Positions 16,313 through 25,578 of a stretch of 64,000 nucleotides of DNA are shown here, in pieces. The translations under genes were made by a program, and so were the position numbers. This stretch comes from a bacterium. Lineage in GTDB: Bacteria > Patescibacteriota > Minisyncoccia > UBA6257 > GWB1-50-10. The stretch covers positions 150,787-214,786 of the forward strand of contig JAKAIX010000001.1 of the NCBI GenBank assembly GCA_021814165.1, read 5' to 3'. Numbering within the stretch: position 1 is the first letter of the stretch; every line of letters starts with the position of its first letter. Under the pieces are notes generated by a model. It did not search any database. It was given only the letters and a program-made list of their open reading frames with translations, and was not told the origin of the DNA.

Positions 16313-16489
16313 GCTTACTTTGAACTTCTTCAGATCGAAATTGAAGTGGCACCCGTCCGTACAGGGACACTTCACGAGTTCGTGATGGTGATGCGCACAG
16401 TCGAGCGCCTGACACACGCCCGGCGTGTTCGAGACCCCCTTGCATCCGCCAAGGCATACGTAATGCTCTTTATATATGTTTTGTGCCAT
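16301..16489 (-). CDS. Small Cys/His-rich protein (putative metal-binding)
   Basis: 62 aa with 9 Cys and 5 His, including DCAHHHHELVKCPCTDGCH. Confidence 0.4.
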   Translation of the reverse strand: MAQNIYKEHYVCLGGCKGVSNTPGVCQALDCAHHHHELVKCPCTDGCHFNFDLKKFKVSSKK

Positions 16490-16548
16490 ATATTATTACT
16501 ACAAGACACCCGATCGTTTTCTTTCAATAGAAAAGAAAGACAAGCAGG

Positions 16549-17118
16549 TTAAACACCCGGAAGCAGTTCGAAAAGTTCTCCAACCGGAATTCCGTGTCCG
16601 TTAGAAATCCCAAAATATTTTGAGACACCCACGGACGGCTGAGCCGTCATCGGATCCCCTTTTTTGCGATCTGCGTAATTTACGACAATTGTTCCGTCCC
16701 GGATCTCGGTAGTCTGCGGCGCGATCCTGTCACCCAACAAAATTCCATTTGTTCCCTTGTATCCCGCGTCCGTCTTGAGCGCAGCTACCACGTAATAAAA
16801 CGTGCCGCTTCCCCCGCCGGTTTGCGTAAGAAGAAATGCGATATCCGGTTTGCCATCACCGTTCAAATCCCCTTCCGCGGCATTTCCGAAGTAGCGAGTT
16901 ACGAGTTTCGATGCGGATCCCGGCGCAATCCCAACCTCGGAATATCCGTCGACAAGCGTGATTGTTTTCCCATCGATCGTGTATGTCGCATTTTTGTACG
17001 GGGGAGAAACAATATTCTTTTGCTTCTCAACCGGAACAGTCGCATCTTCCTTGGGCCAAAGAATTATTCCGAGGATTGCGACAACGACGATAACGAGAGG
17101 AATAATTATTTTATACTT
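16549..17118 (-). CDS. Membrane-anchored exported protein with FG-GAP-like Ca-binding motif
   Basis: N-terminal TM (MKYKIIIPLVIVVVAILGI) and DLNGDGKPDIAF motif. Confidence 0.45.
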   Translation of the reverse strand, partial: KYKIIIPLVIVVVAILGIILWPKEDATVPVEKQKNIVSPPYKNATYTIDGKTITLVDGYSEVGIAPGSASKLVTRYFGNAAEGDLNGDGKPDIAFLLTQTGGGSGTFYYVVAALKTDAGYKGTNGILLGDRIAPQTTEIRDGTIVVNYADRKKGDPMTAQPSVGVSKYFGISNGHGIPVGELFELLPGV

Positions 17119-17166
17119 CATAAGATCATTGTAGCAGTTGATGCCTATATATACTGCTCTAATACC

Positions 17167-17190
17167 GTCACTATGACGCGTCATAGTGAC
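17167..17190. repeat. 24-bp perfect palindrome GTCACTATGACGCGTCATAGTGAC (second copy of its core at 18838-18855)
   Basis: Read directly. Both copies lie 3' of the divergent gene pair 17199-18179 (-) and 18250-18781 (+). Confidence 0.6.
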
Positions 17191-17198
17191 CGGCCCCT

Positions 17199-18179
17199 TT
17201 AATAAAAAATGGTCCTGCTTCTGTGGTATGGTTTCAGATTATCTTGATTCTGGCTCATGAGCCAGATGGTGTTGTCTATGTCCGCGGAGGACATGCCGTG
17301 CAGGTAATCTTTCAAGAGTTCTACGGCCCAGATCGTAGATGCCCGTATTTCTATCTCTTCCCTGCTGTCGTGGGGAATCTGGACATAGTTGTCTATCTTC
17401 CCGGCAAGATCCGGTTTGTATTCGAGAACGCCGTTCGCGCGAAGAAGCTGGGGCAGCTTGTAGTCCGCGAAGGCAGTCAGCTGATTCAATTTCTTGAGCT
17501 TCCTGCCCTTGGGAAGAATACAGTTTATGTCCTGGGAAAGAATCTGGGCTCGTTTGTAGAAGAACACGTTTTTCCCTTCCGGATGGGAAACGTCCCGGAA
17601 AGAAGGGAAATTCTCTATCACCGCCCTCGTCACTTGTATCGCATCATCGTTCGTTCCATTGAAAAGATTTACGAACTTTCCCTGAAACCTGCTCACCAAT
17701 ATTTTTCCCGCCTCGCGCAGGTTTTGAATTCTCTCGTTCAATAAAGGAATCCTGGTATTCTTTATGCCCCTGAAGAACTTCGCGCCGTCATCGAGGGAAA
17801 GGTTGGAAAGGTAATCCGCGTTGAGAATAGGAACTCCTTCTTTTATTCCCCTCTCGAAACTTGTCTTGAGACCAAACCAGCCTCCCGAACTAACTTCTCC
17901 GTTCAGTCCTTCGACCTGCCACTTCGGTTCACCTTGATCCGGCCAGAAGCAGAAATTCACCACGTTTTCCAGAAATACCAGCTGAAGATCATCCTCGAAG
18001 TTCCCCACGAAAGAATACCCCATCGTTTTCGTATTTAGCTCGCCGCGGTGCTTTTTTATCAGTTCCGCCGCGGCCTCGAGGTTTTTGTCGTTCAGGAAAA
18101 CAAAACGCGCCCCCTCGACAACTTCTCTTGTTGATCTGAGGATATCCAGCGGATCCCCTGTTTTGGTTTTCAGTTCCAT
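17199..18179 (-). CDS. Queuosine-salvage Qng1/DUF2419-like protein (tentative)
   Basis: Size (~326 aa) and the ADYKLPQLLRANGVLEY segment are reminiscent of the C9orf64/Qng1 family. Assigned from memory, not searched. Confidence 0.4.
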   Translation of the reverse strand: MELKTKTGDPLDILRSTREVVEGARFVFLNDKNLEAAAELIKKHRGELNTKTMGYSFVGNFEDDLQLVFLENVVNFCFWPDQGEPKWQVEGLNGEVSSGGWFGLKTSFERGIKEGVPILNADYLSNLSLDDGAKFFRGIKNTRIPLLNERIQNLREAGKILVSRFQGKFVNLFNGTNDDAIQVTRAVIENFPSFRDVSHPEGKNVFFYKRAQILSQDINCILPKGRKLKKLNQLTAFADYKLPQLLRANGVLEYKPDLAGKIDNYVQIPHDSREEIEIRASTIWAVELLKDYLHGMSSADIDNTIWLMSQNQDNLKPYHRSRTIFY

Positions 18180-18249
18180 TGGTGGGATGTTTTACGACGA
18201 AAGTATCATTCGTCAGAGTAAGAAAATTGTTATATAATCATGTTACCAT

Positions 18250-18781
18250 GAATAACTTCAAAAAGGGTGGATTCCGGAAAGGAGGCGGCAAGTTCGGTGG
18301 ACGCCCAAAATTCGGAGGTAATAAATTCGGAGGCGGGAGGGACAGAGGCGACAGATCGGGAGGACATATGCAGCTTTTCCCTGCGGTATGCTCCGAATGC
18401 AAAAAGAGCTGTGAGCTTCCATTTCGCCCCACCGGTGATAAGCCGGTCTACTGCCGCGACTGTTTCAACAAACAAAGGCAGGTACCGGGACGCAATTCGA
18501 ACGGTGCCGATGGTCCGCGTATGGACTTCCGAAGAGATGCTTTTCCCCAACACGAACAGCAACCCGAATATGCAAGACCTCAAAACAACGGGGAGATGAA
18601 CGCGCTTAAGTCAAAACTCGATTCGCTCGAATCGAAAGTGAATCGCATTCTCGATCTCGTGAGCAAGAAGCCGCAAGCTCAAGCTCCTGCCGCTCCGATT
18701 ACAGCGACTGCTCCTCAGGCGGCAAAAGCGAAAAAGGCAAAATCCCCCGCTCGCAAAGCTACGAAGAAGAGAAAGAAGTAA
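18250..18781 (+). CDS. Gly-rich (KFGG/RGG repeats) protein with CxxC...CxxC zinc ribbon and basic coiled-coil tail
   Basis: MNNFKKGGFRKGGGKFGGRPKFGG... and CSECKKSCELPFRPTGDKPVYCRDCF. The C-terminus is AKAKKAKSPARKATKKRKK. Confidence 0.5.
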
Positions 18782-18944
18782 TATTCTTGCCTATAGTGAC
18801 GTAAAACCGCTTGCTATTTTGGTGAGCGGTTTAGTAGTACTATGACGCGTCATAGTGGCTAACAAAATGCGTTTGTTCGCTTATTCTTTTGTGCTATCAT
18901 GCGACTAGAAGATAAACAATTTGGCAACTAAGACGGAGTAAACA

Positions 18945-19220
18945 ATGGAAGGTACAAGTAAGTTACCCGAGAGGGAAAGAAATCCTATAGTTAAGAAACT
19001 TTTTGAAACACACACCATCAACACTGTGTCTGACATATACGACGCGTATGAAAAGGATTGTGGCCAACTTTCCTATTCCGACAGAGGAATGATTGAAAGC
19101 ATGATTGATGACTGGTATGAAAGTGGCGAAATCGACATCAACGGTCATAGTGTTACTTACAACAAAAAGCTTTCTCCAAAAACTATCGTTGTATTCTCTT
19201 CCGGTTTTCGAACCTATTAA
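18945..19220 (+). CDS. Hypothetical protein
   Basis: 91-aa ORF followed by the terminator hairpin 19238-19271 (GAAGCGGTAC family). Confidence 0.3.
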   Translation: MEGTSKLPERERNPIVKKLFETHTINTVSDIYDAYEKDCGQLSYSDRGMIESMIDDWYESGEIDINGHSVTYNKKLSPKTIVVFSSGFRTY

Positions 19221-19533
19221 TACTTCCTTATAAAGGAGAAGCGGTACAGAACTCATTTTCTGTGCCGCTTCGATATTTTTGAACTTGCCTTAATTCAAAT
19301 TTTACGCCCGAAATCTTTTAATTCCTTCTTCGCTCGTTTCACAAACTTCCCGAACTCGCAATCTTTTGCTCCTCTTTTGATGAGACATTAAACATCTGTG
19401 TGCCGGTGATCTTCGCCAGATACTCTCCGTTATGGTTTTTCGCCCTGTAGGATTCTTTATATTCGCTCGTTACCCGCGCAACCGAAAACGCATCCAACCC
19501 CATACCACAAGGGCGTGCTTGGTTTGTACTTGC

Positions 19534-19603
19534 TGCGGGACTAGGGTTCGAACCTAGATTACATGATTCAGAGTCATGTGGCCTACCGGTTAGCCGATCC
19601 CGC
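19534..19603 (-). tRNA. tRNA-Gln (anticodon CUG)
   Basis: Manual fold: acceptor GCGGGAT/GTCCCGC, anticodon stem CATGA/TCATG with loop CTCTGAA, T-arm TAGGTTCGAACCCTA. Confidence 0.75.
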
Positions 19604-19718
19604 AATTCAGCCCACTTATTGTACTGAAAACATGCCCAATTTTCAATGTAACTCGTACTGATTTATTGATCATTTGAAGCGGCTTAAAACGAGGACTACA
19701 ATGAAGACAAAATCCACC

Positions 19719-20384
19719 ATGGATACTAAAAAACAGATTATCGACGCTTTCAATTTCCGCCACGCGTGCAAGGAGTTCGATCCGACGAAAAAGATTTCGG
19801 AGGACGATTTTAAAACGATCCTTGAGGCGGGGCGGCTTTCTCCAAGTTCCTTCGGCTTCGAGCCGTGGCAGTTTGTGGTTATCCAGAATCAGACCATTCG
19901 GGAGAGGATAAAAACCGTTTCCTGGGGAGCTCAGAAACAACTACCGACGGCGAGCCACTACATCGTATTCCTCGCCCGCCAGGCGGCCGATCTTAGACCC
20001 GGCTCCGAATACCTGAACTACATCATGTCGGAGGTGCAGAAGGATCCTCAGGATATTATCGCAAGACGAATGGCGCGCGTCGAAAAATTCCAGCAAAACG
20101 ACTTCGATCTGAAAGACGACCAGGCGCTCTTCCATTGGGCGTGCAGACAGACATATATCGCGCTCGGCAATATGATGACGGCCGCCGCGCTTCTCGGAAT
20201 CGACTCCTGCCCCATCGAGGGATTCGAACTGAAACCGCTTGAAAAGATCCTGGAAGATGAAAAAGTTCTCGATCGGAAGCACTTCGGCGTGGCCTGCATG
20301 GCGGCCTTTGGCTACCGGCTCAAACCTCCCGCAAAAGAAAAAACCAGGCGTAAACCCGATGAGGTTATAACCTGGGTAAACTGA
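19719..20384 (+). CDS. NAD(P)H nitroreductase family protein
   Basis: IIDAFNFRHACKEFD...LEAGRLSPSSFGFEPWQFVVI is the nitroreductase fold signature. Start ambiguous (19701 or 19719). Confidence 0.75.
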   Translation: MDTKKQIIDAFNFRHACKEFDPTKKISEDDFKTILEAGRLSPSSFGFEPWQFVVIQNQTIRERIKTVSWGAQKQLPTASHYIVFLARQAADLRPGSEYLNYIMSEVQKDPQDIIARRMARVEKFQQNDFDLKDDQALFHWACRQTYIALGNMMTAAALLGIDSCPIEGFELKPLEKILEDEKVLDRKHFGVACMAAFGYRLKPPAKEKTRRKPDEVITWVN

Positions 20385-20459
20385 GAAGGAACATATCATT
20401 CCCCCACACCCGTAAAACACTTGAAGCGGTACAAAATCTATTATACCGCTTCGGCGCGA

Positions 20460-20885
20460 TTATTTAATTAGAAGATAAACTGCAGTAGCAGCAAAACAAT
20501 AACCAAAAGTCTTTTGAGTATCTGGAATCACACCATTTAATGCCCAATCCAAAATAGAAGCCATTACGATCATAAGGATCGCAACAATTGTCATAAAGGC
20601 CGCAGTCGAAATCTTTGGATCTGCTATTTTCAATGAGTAGAAATAAAAAGCAATTCCATTCAAGACCCCTGCAGTTACAAGAATGACGATCGCTTTTATG
20701 GATGGTGACTGAAGAGTGGTTATTTGTCTGCTTAAGAACGATAGAATAAACGTCGCAGACGCACTCCCTACTGCGACAATTACTCCCACCCATGCTCCTT
20801 GGGCACCTGAATATTTACTGACTACTGGCCACACCGCAAAACAAAATGATATCAAGATTGCTGCTATTAACGACTGAAGGTTCAT
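20460..20885 (-). CDS. Small 4-TM membrane protein (DMT/EamA-like)
   Basis: 141 aa with four hydrophobic helices. Confidence 0.45.
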   Translation of the reverse strand: MNLQSLIAAILISFCFAVWPVVSKYSGAQGAWVGVIVAVGSASATFILSFLSRQITTLQSPSIKAIVILVTAGVLNGIAFYFYSLKIADPKISTAAFMTIVAILMIVMASILDWALNGVIPDTQKTFGYCFAATAVYLLIK

Positions 20886-21218
20886 TTCGGTCCTCGTTTA
20901 TTTTTTGAATTAGTTATTTCACCCAAACCGTAAACGAATTCCGATCTGAGTGAAATAACCAAGTCGATAAAGAGAACTAAGATTCTTCTTAAATTATTAA
21001 AGTTCCTATATTAACTATTTTTTAGCATAAAAACAGAGAAAAGTCAATTTACGGATAAATTTCAAGGACTTGTCTATGACAAGTCCTTTTGAATGCGCCT
21101 CTGATGAGGGGTAAGTTCTTATTCTGTCTCCAGTCCGTAGAACGGAGGGAAACAATTACCTTTTTAGGAGGAACTACTGTGCGTTTCATTCCCCAACCTT
21201 TTCACCATTGGCAGATAA

Positions 21219-21641
21219 TTAACGCTCTTTGCCGAAGGAATCTTCCGTAATGGAAATTCCCGCTTCTCTAAAAAAGAGAGCTATTTCACCGAAAGATATT
21301 CCTGTTTTTTCCGACATTTTCTCTATTTCGTTTCTCCCCATATCCAGGAATTTCATCCCGTCTCTCCTCAGGATATATTTACCGTACTCGAAGGCAATAT
21401 TTCCCTCTTCCTCCGGGTCGAGTTTCGCGAGTTCAACTTCGATCCTGAATGTCGTCTTAAGGAGATCTCCGATCCTTCTGAGGAGAAATCTTTCGAGTTT
21501 CTCTTTTGAAATCCCTATTTCGTTACTCGCATTATAGAGGTTCCTTTTCTCGCTAGGAGCTATCCTTATTCCCTTCTGCTCGAAACGATAATTGTGCAGC
21601 GCGATTGCGATTTCGCCGATTCTTTTTCTAGTGAGCGGCAT
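21219..21641 (-). CDS. Hypothetical protein
   Basis: 140-aa ORF with no motif recognised. Confidence 0.3.
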   Translation of the reverse strand: MPLTRKRIGEIAIALHNYRFEQKGIRIAPSEKRNLYNASNEIGISKEKLERFLLRRIGDLLKTTFRIEVELAKLDPEEEGNIAFEYGKYILRRDGMKFLDMGRNEIEKMSEKTGISFGEIALFFREAGISITEDSFGKER

Positions 21642-21741
21642 AAAGCCCTCCCTTATTTTGTTGTAAAATAGTGTTTTGGCAGCATGAAACTGCGTGATAA
21701 CTTATACCACAAAATCAAAGAAAAAACAAGTCAGAAATGCG

Positions 21742-22680
21742 TTACTGCTTCCGCGGTTTCGAGATACCGAAAATCGAGATGATTTTCCTTGTCCCCTCTT
21801 CCGCTTCTTCCTTGAGTTTTTTCGGATCCTGGGTAATAAGTCCGACTCCAAATCTTACGGGTGCCACGATATTTACGTTTATCCCGTCAAGAAGCCGTTC
21901 GTTCTCTAATATGTGAAGCGAGTGATGATATGCTCTGTTTCTCCGGAGAAACGCCTCCTGGAATCGTTTCGAAAATTTGTGGAGGTAAAGCTTGATCGCC
22001 ATTTTCTCGAGAAAAGAAATGGAATCATCCTTGTGATCCAGCGGCTCATTAACGACAATAAGGACATCGGTCGGTCTGAACCGCTCGATGATCTCTTTCA
22101 CGGGAAGCGGCTTCGTGGCTCCTCCATCCACAAATTTCTCCTTGCCGATCGTTACTTTCCGGTTATAGAGCACCGGCATCGCCATCGACGCCTTAAGGCC
22201 GGTAATGATATCGTCGAGTTTTTTCGCTTCGATGAGTTTTTCTTTTCCGTCCAACTCAGTTACGCTGAAATACAAATCGGGACGCGCTTTTCGTATTGCA
22301 CCGGTATCGAGTTTTTTCTTTTTACGGAATACGTTTTCCAAATAATCAATGTCTACCACCTTCGAGAGGCGATGGAAATTAATGAACCGATCGTCTATCA
22401 AATCCTCAAGGTACACAGTGAGCGCAAGCGATGTTTGGTTACTCAGAAAATATGCGGAATCACACGCCCCTGCAGAGATACCGACGACAACATCGAATGC
22501 GTCGAGAAAACCCGCCTCGCTCAAACCGTGAAGTACCCCCATTCCGAAGATACCTTCCATACCTCCTCCAGCGACGATGAGTACGGTTTTTATTTTTTCG
22601 TGCGCCCGATCCCTCGATCGTAAGAGCCTCGCCTTGTATTGCAGCCGCTTTGCAAACGAGGAATCTCTTTGCAATTCCAT
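21742..22680 (-). CDS. Patatin-like phospholipase
   Basis: Gly-rich VAGGGMEGIFGMG, GISAG (GxSxG) and DGGATKP (DGG) motifs. Confidence 0.8.
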   Translation of the reverse strand: MELQRDSSFAKRLQYKARLLRSRDRAHEKIKTVLIVAGGGMEGIFGMGVLHGLSEAGFLDAFDVVVGISAGACDSAYFLSNQTSLALTVYLEDLIDDRFINFHRLSKVVDIDYLENVFRKKKKLDTGAIRKARPDLYFSVTELDGKEKLIEAKKLDDIITGLKASMAMPVLYNRKVTIGKEKFVDGGATKPLPVKEIIERFRPTDVLIVVNEPLDHKDDSISFLEKMAIKLYLHKFSKRFQEAFLRRNRAYHHSLHILENERLLDGINVNIVAPVRFGVGLITQDPKKLKEEAEEGTRKIISIFGISKPRKQ

Positions 22681-22772
22681 ATGACTCCTACTATATCAAG
22701 AAACTACGCGGCGATACAACCGCATGCTGTTTAAAATTGGAAACTTCTGGCATATTGTAGTTACATAGTCAC

Positions 22773-23258
22773 ATGCGATTATCGACTTCAGAGGAAAAAG
22801 GATTGCGCACGGTTTTTATCATAGGTCTCGTCTTGAAAGGAATCGGCGGGATTGTCGAAGCGGCAACGGGCGTTCTCCTGTTTTTCGTACGACAAACGAC
22901 GATCGTGAAACTTGCGGGGTTTCTCACCCAGGGAGAACTTCGCGAAGAACCGAACGATCTAATCGCAAATGCGGTAAACAATTTCGCGAAACATCTTTCT
23001 TTAGATATCAAAACATTCGGCGCTTTCTATCTCCTGGCACACGGTGCGATTAACATTCTCCTCGTTGCCGGCCTCCTTCGCAACAAACGTTGGGCATACC
23101 CTTCGGCACTCGTGTTTTTAGGGATATTCCTTATTTACCAGACATATCGCCTCGCCTTTCTTTCTTTTTCATTATGGCTCCTTGCACTCACGATCTTTGA
23201 CGTCTTCATATTCGTGCTTATCTGGCACGAGTGGAAACGTTTCGGAAAACCTGCATAA
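22773..23258 (+). CDS. DUF2127-like membrane protein
   Basis: Four TM helices. N-terminal EEKGLRTVFIIGLVLKGIGG is typical of DUF2127. Confidence 0.45.
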   Translation: MRLSTSEEKGLRTVFIIGLVLKGIGGIVEAATGVLLFFVRQTTIVKLAGFLTQGELREEPNDLIANAVNNFAKHLSLDIKTFGAFYLLAHGAINILLVAGLLRNKRWAYPSALVFLGIFLIYQTYRLAFLSFSLWLLALTIFDVFIFVLIWHEWKRFGKPA

Positions 23259-23265
23259 TGAGGTT

Positions 23266-23343
23266 ATGAAAGCCGTTGTTGTCGTTCTTGGAGTGGTGCT
23301 CCTTATACTCCTTGGGGTGCTTCTTTTTGTTCCCGTGAAATAA
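23266..23343 (+). CDS. 25-aa hydrophobic peptide (MKAVVVVLGVVLLILLGVLLFVPVK)
   Basis: GAGG RBS 4 nt upstream. Immediately after the DUF2127 gene. Followed by the terminator hairpin. Confidence 0.3.
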   Translation: MKAVVVVLGVVLLILLGVLLFVPVK

Positions 23344-23405
23344 AAAAAAGACGACGAGGATGATTAATATGGAGAAGCCCGGCTCGAGGACGACTTCAAT
23401 ACTTG

Positions 23406-23436
23406 GAGGCCGGGGCGCCATGGGTGCCCCGGCCTC
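23406..23436. terminator. Bidirectional hairpin GAGGCCGGGGC...GCCCCGGCCTC
   Basis: 11-bp GC stem between the peptide ORF (+) and the uvrC 3' end (-). Confidence 0.55.
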
Positions 23437-23442
23437 AGCTTC

Positions 23443-24669
23443 CTACGGGAGAAACTCCGCTTTTCTTACTTTTTTGTGATAGGTAATTGCAAAGCGGTGC
23501 GCCTCGTCGCGAACGCGGACGAGTGTCGTTTCATCCGCGAACCCAGGAATGCGACCAATGATGTCATTCTTTTTTCGTGTAGGCCCTTTTGCAATTCCCA
23601 CGACGGGAATACTGAGCCCCGCCGCCTTCAGCACGTCTCTTGCGACACGTACCTGCCCTACTCCTCCGTCTATCAAAATAAGATCAGGCTTCGGCCAGTT
23701 TTCTTCTCCCGTATGTCTAAAACGGCGCGAGAGCATTTCTTTGAGCATCCCCACATCGTTCGGCTTCTTGAGCGTTCGAATCCTAAACTTCCTGTACCAC
23801 CGCTTCGACGGTTTCCCATTCTCGAATACTACCATTGCGCCAACAGCAGATGCTCCTGAAATATTTGAAATATCAAATCCTTCAATTCGCGTTCCATAAT
23901 TCTTAATTCCTGACTCATAATTCCCAATCTCATTCTCTTTTACGAGTGCTACGTCTTGAATGTGTTGTAATGCAAGAATGCGCCGCCTGATCTTCTCCGC
24001 CTTCTCAAACTCAAGCTTCTTGCTCGCTTCCCGCATCTCCCGCTCGAAATTTTTCATAATCTTCTCTCTTTTCCCCTCGAGAAGAAGTTTAAGATCCCTT
24101 ATTGTTTTTAAATACTCCTCTCTTCCCTCGACGGCAACGCAGAATCCCGGACAAAGACCTATCTGCGCATCGAAACACGGTTTTCCTTTTCCTATCTCTT
24201 TCATCGAATGTACGCTCCACGGAAATATCTTTCTTAAAATACGGAGTGCCTCGCGGATACTCGAAGGAGAAGTGAAAGGACCGTGAATAGCGCTGTATCG
24301 GGTACCAGCATCTCGTTGTTTCAAATCCTTTCCCCTTATCAAAAGCACTCTCGGGAATCGCTCCTTCGTGATGACGACATACGGGAAACTCTTGTCGTCC
24401 TTCTCGCGGATGTTGAACGGCGGCTGGTGTTTTTTTATAAGATCCGCCTCGAGAATGAGCGCTTCGATTGCCGTGGCCGTTTTACGCACTTCTATCTTCC
24501 GGATTTCTTTCACTAACTTCTCAATGCGGGAATCGTGCGGGCGTAAAAAATAACTCGAAACGCGGCGTTTCAAGTTCACGGCTTTTCCCACATACAAGAT
24601 GCTCCCCTTCGCGCCTTTCATAAGATAGACGCCGGGAGTTTCGGGAAGGTTCCTATAGAGTGTCATCAA
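23443..24669 (-). CDS. uvrC: Excinuclease ABC subunit C (short form, 408 aa)
   Basis: GIY-YIG N-terminus (PGVYLMKGAKGSILYVGKAVNLKRRVSSYF) and central RIEGFDISNISGASAVG endonuclease region. No C-terminal HhH extension. Confidence 0.85.
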   Translation of the reverse strand: MMTLYRNLPETPGVYLMKGAKGSILYVGKAVNLKRRVSSYFLRPHDSRIEKLVKEIRKIEVRKTATAIEALILEADLIKKHQPPFNIREKDDKSFPYVVITKERFPRVLLIRGKDLKQRDAGTRYSAIHGPFTSPSSIREALRILRKIFPWSVHSMKEIGKGKPCFDAQIGLCPGFCVAVEGREEYLKTIRDLKLLLEGKREKIMKNFEREMREASKKLEFEKAEKIRRRILALQHIQDVALVKENEIGNYESGIKNYGTRIEGFDISNISGASAVGAMVVFENGKPSKRWYRKFRIRTLKKPNDVGMLKEMLSRRFRHTGEENWPKPDLILIDGGVGQVRVARDVLKAAGLSIPVVGIAKGPTRKKNDIIGRIPGFADETTLVRVRDEAHRFAITYHKKVRKAEFLP

Positions 24670-25543
24670 AGAGAAAATCTACGAATTTCTGAACGGGTGT
24701 TTTCTTCGGTTCCGGATAACCGGTACTCCTACAAATCTCTTTTAGATGCAAGGCGATCTCTTCCGCTCCCTGCTTGATAATGTCTTTCGCCTCGGGAAAA
24801 TCGAACCAGTGGTATTGCATCACGGGCGGACGAAGCGCGATGTCCGCTTTCGTTATTATGCGCCGCACGAGCTGATACTCGAGGGCGGGAAGCGCGTCCG
24901 CAATGATGGATTTGATTCCATGAATGCTGACAGTCTCTTCCGAAATATCGGGCCAACGACTTGAAACATCGACCGCAATCACATATTCCGCTCCCATGTC
25001 CCTCACTACGTCAGCGGGCACCGGATCCACCATACCGCCGTCGGAAAGCAATCTTCCGTTGACAGTTACCGGGGCAAATACCAATGGAAGCGCGGAAGAT
25101 GCCTGGATAGCCTCCACAAGCGGCCCTTTCTTCAACACCACCATGTCGCCACTCTTCGCATCGGTTGCAATTGCCGCAAAAGGGATTTTGCACTTCTCGA
25201 TGGAAAAACCTTTGATGTGCGATTTTAATATCTCGACGACCGGCTTTGTATCTTTAAACGGCGATTCCAACTTGCTGTGCACATGCAGCATTTTCCGTAT
25301 CGGTACCATGTCCTTTTCGGTTATATTGGAAAAAAGTTTTTCAAGAAGATCAATATCCTGTGTTGCGGCGTAAAACCCGCCGACCAGAGAACCCATGCTC
25401 GTACCCGCGATATAATCGATATCGATACCCGCTTGTCGAAGTACCCTGATAACGCCGATGTGGGCGAGCCCCCTTGCTCCCCCGCCTCCCAAGGCAAGAC
25501 CCACCGATTTCCTCTTCCTCGGCTTCGGCTCCCTTTTCTTCAT
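24653..25543 (-). CDS. Patatin-like phospholipase (RssA-like)
   Basis: LALGGGGARGLAHIGV, GTSMG (GxSxG) and DGG motifs. Confidence 0.8.
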   Translation of the reverse strand: MKKREPKPRKRKSVGLALGGGGARGLAHIGVIRVLRQAGIDIDYIAGTSMGSLVGGFYAATQDIDLLEKLFSNITEKDMVPIRKMLHVHSKLESPFKDTKPVVEILKSHIKGFSIEKCKIPFAAIATDAKSGDMVVLKKGPLVEAIQASSALPLVFAPVTVNGRLLSDGGMVDPVPADVVRDMGAEYVIAVDVSSRWPDISEETVSIHGIKSIIADALPALEYQLVRRIITKADIALRPPVMQYHWFDFPEAKDIIKQGAEEIALHLKEICRSTGYPEPKKTPVQKFVDFLFDDTL

Positions 25544-25578
25544 GATCTAATAGTAAAACAAAAAAGAGAAAGAGAGAA

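Noticed and set aside
13700-19603. Prophage or integrative element inserted at tRNA-Gln(CUG)
   Set aside because: No integrase, recombinase, capsid or terminase genes, and no direct repeat of the tRNA 3' end to the left. Only the unusual gene content hints at an accessory region.
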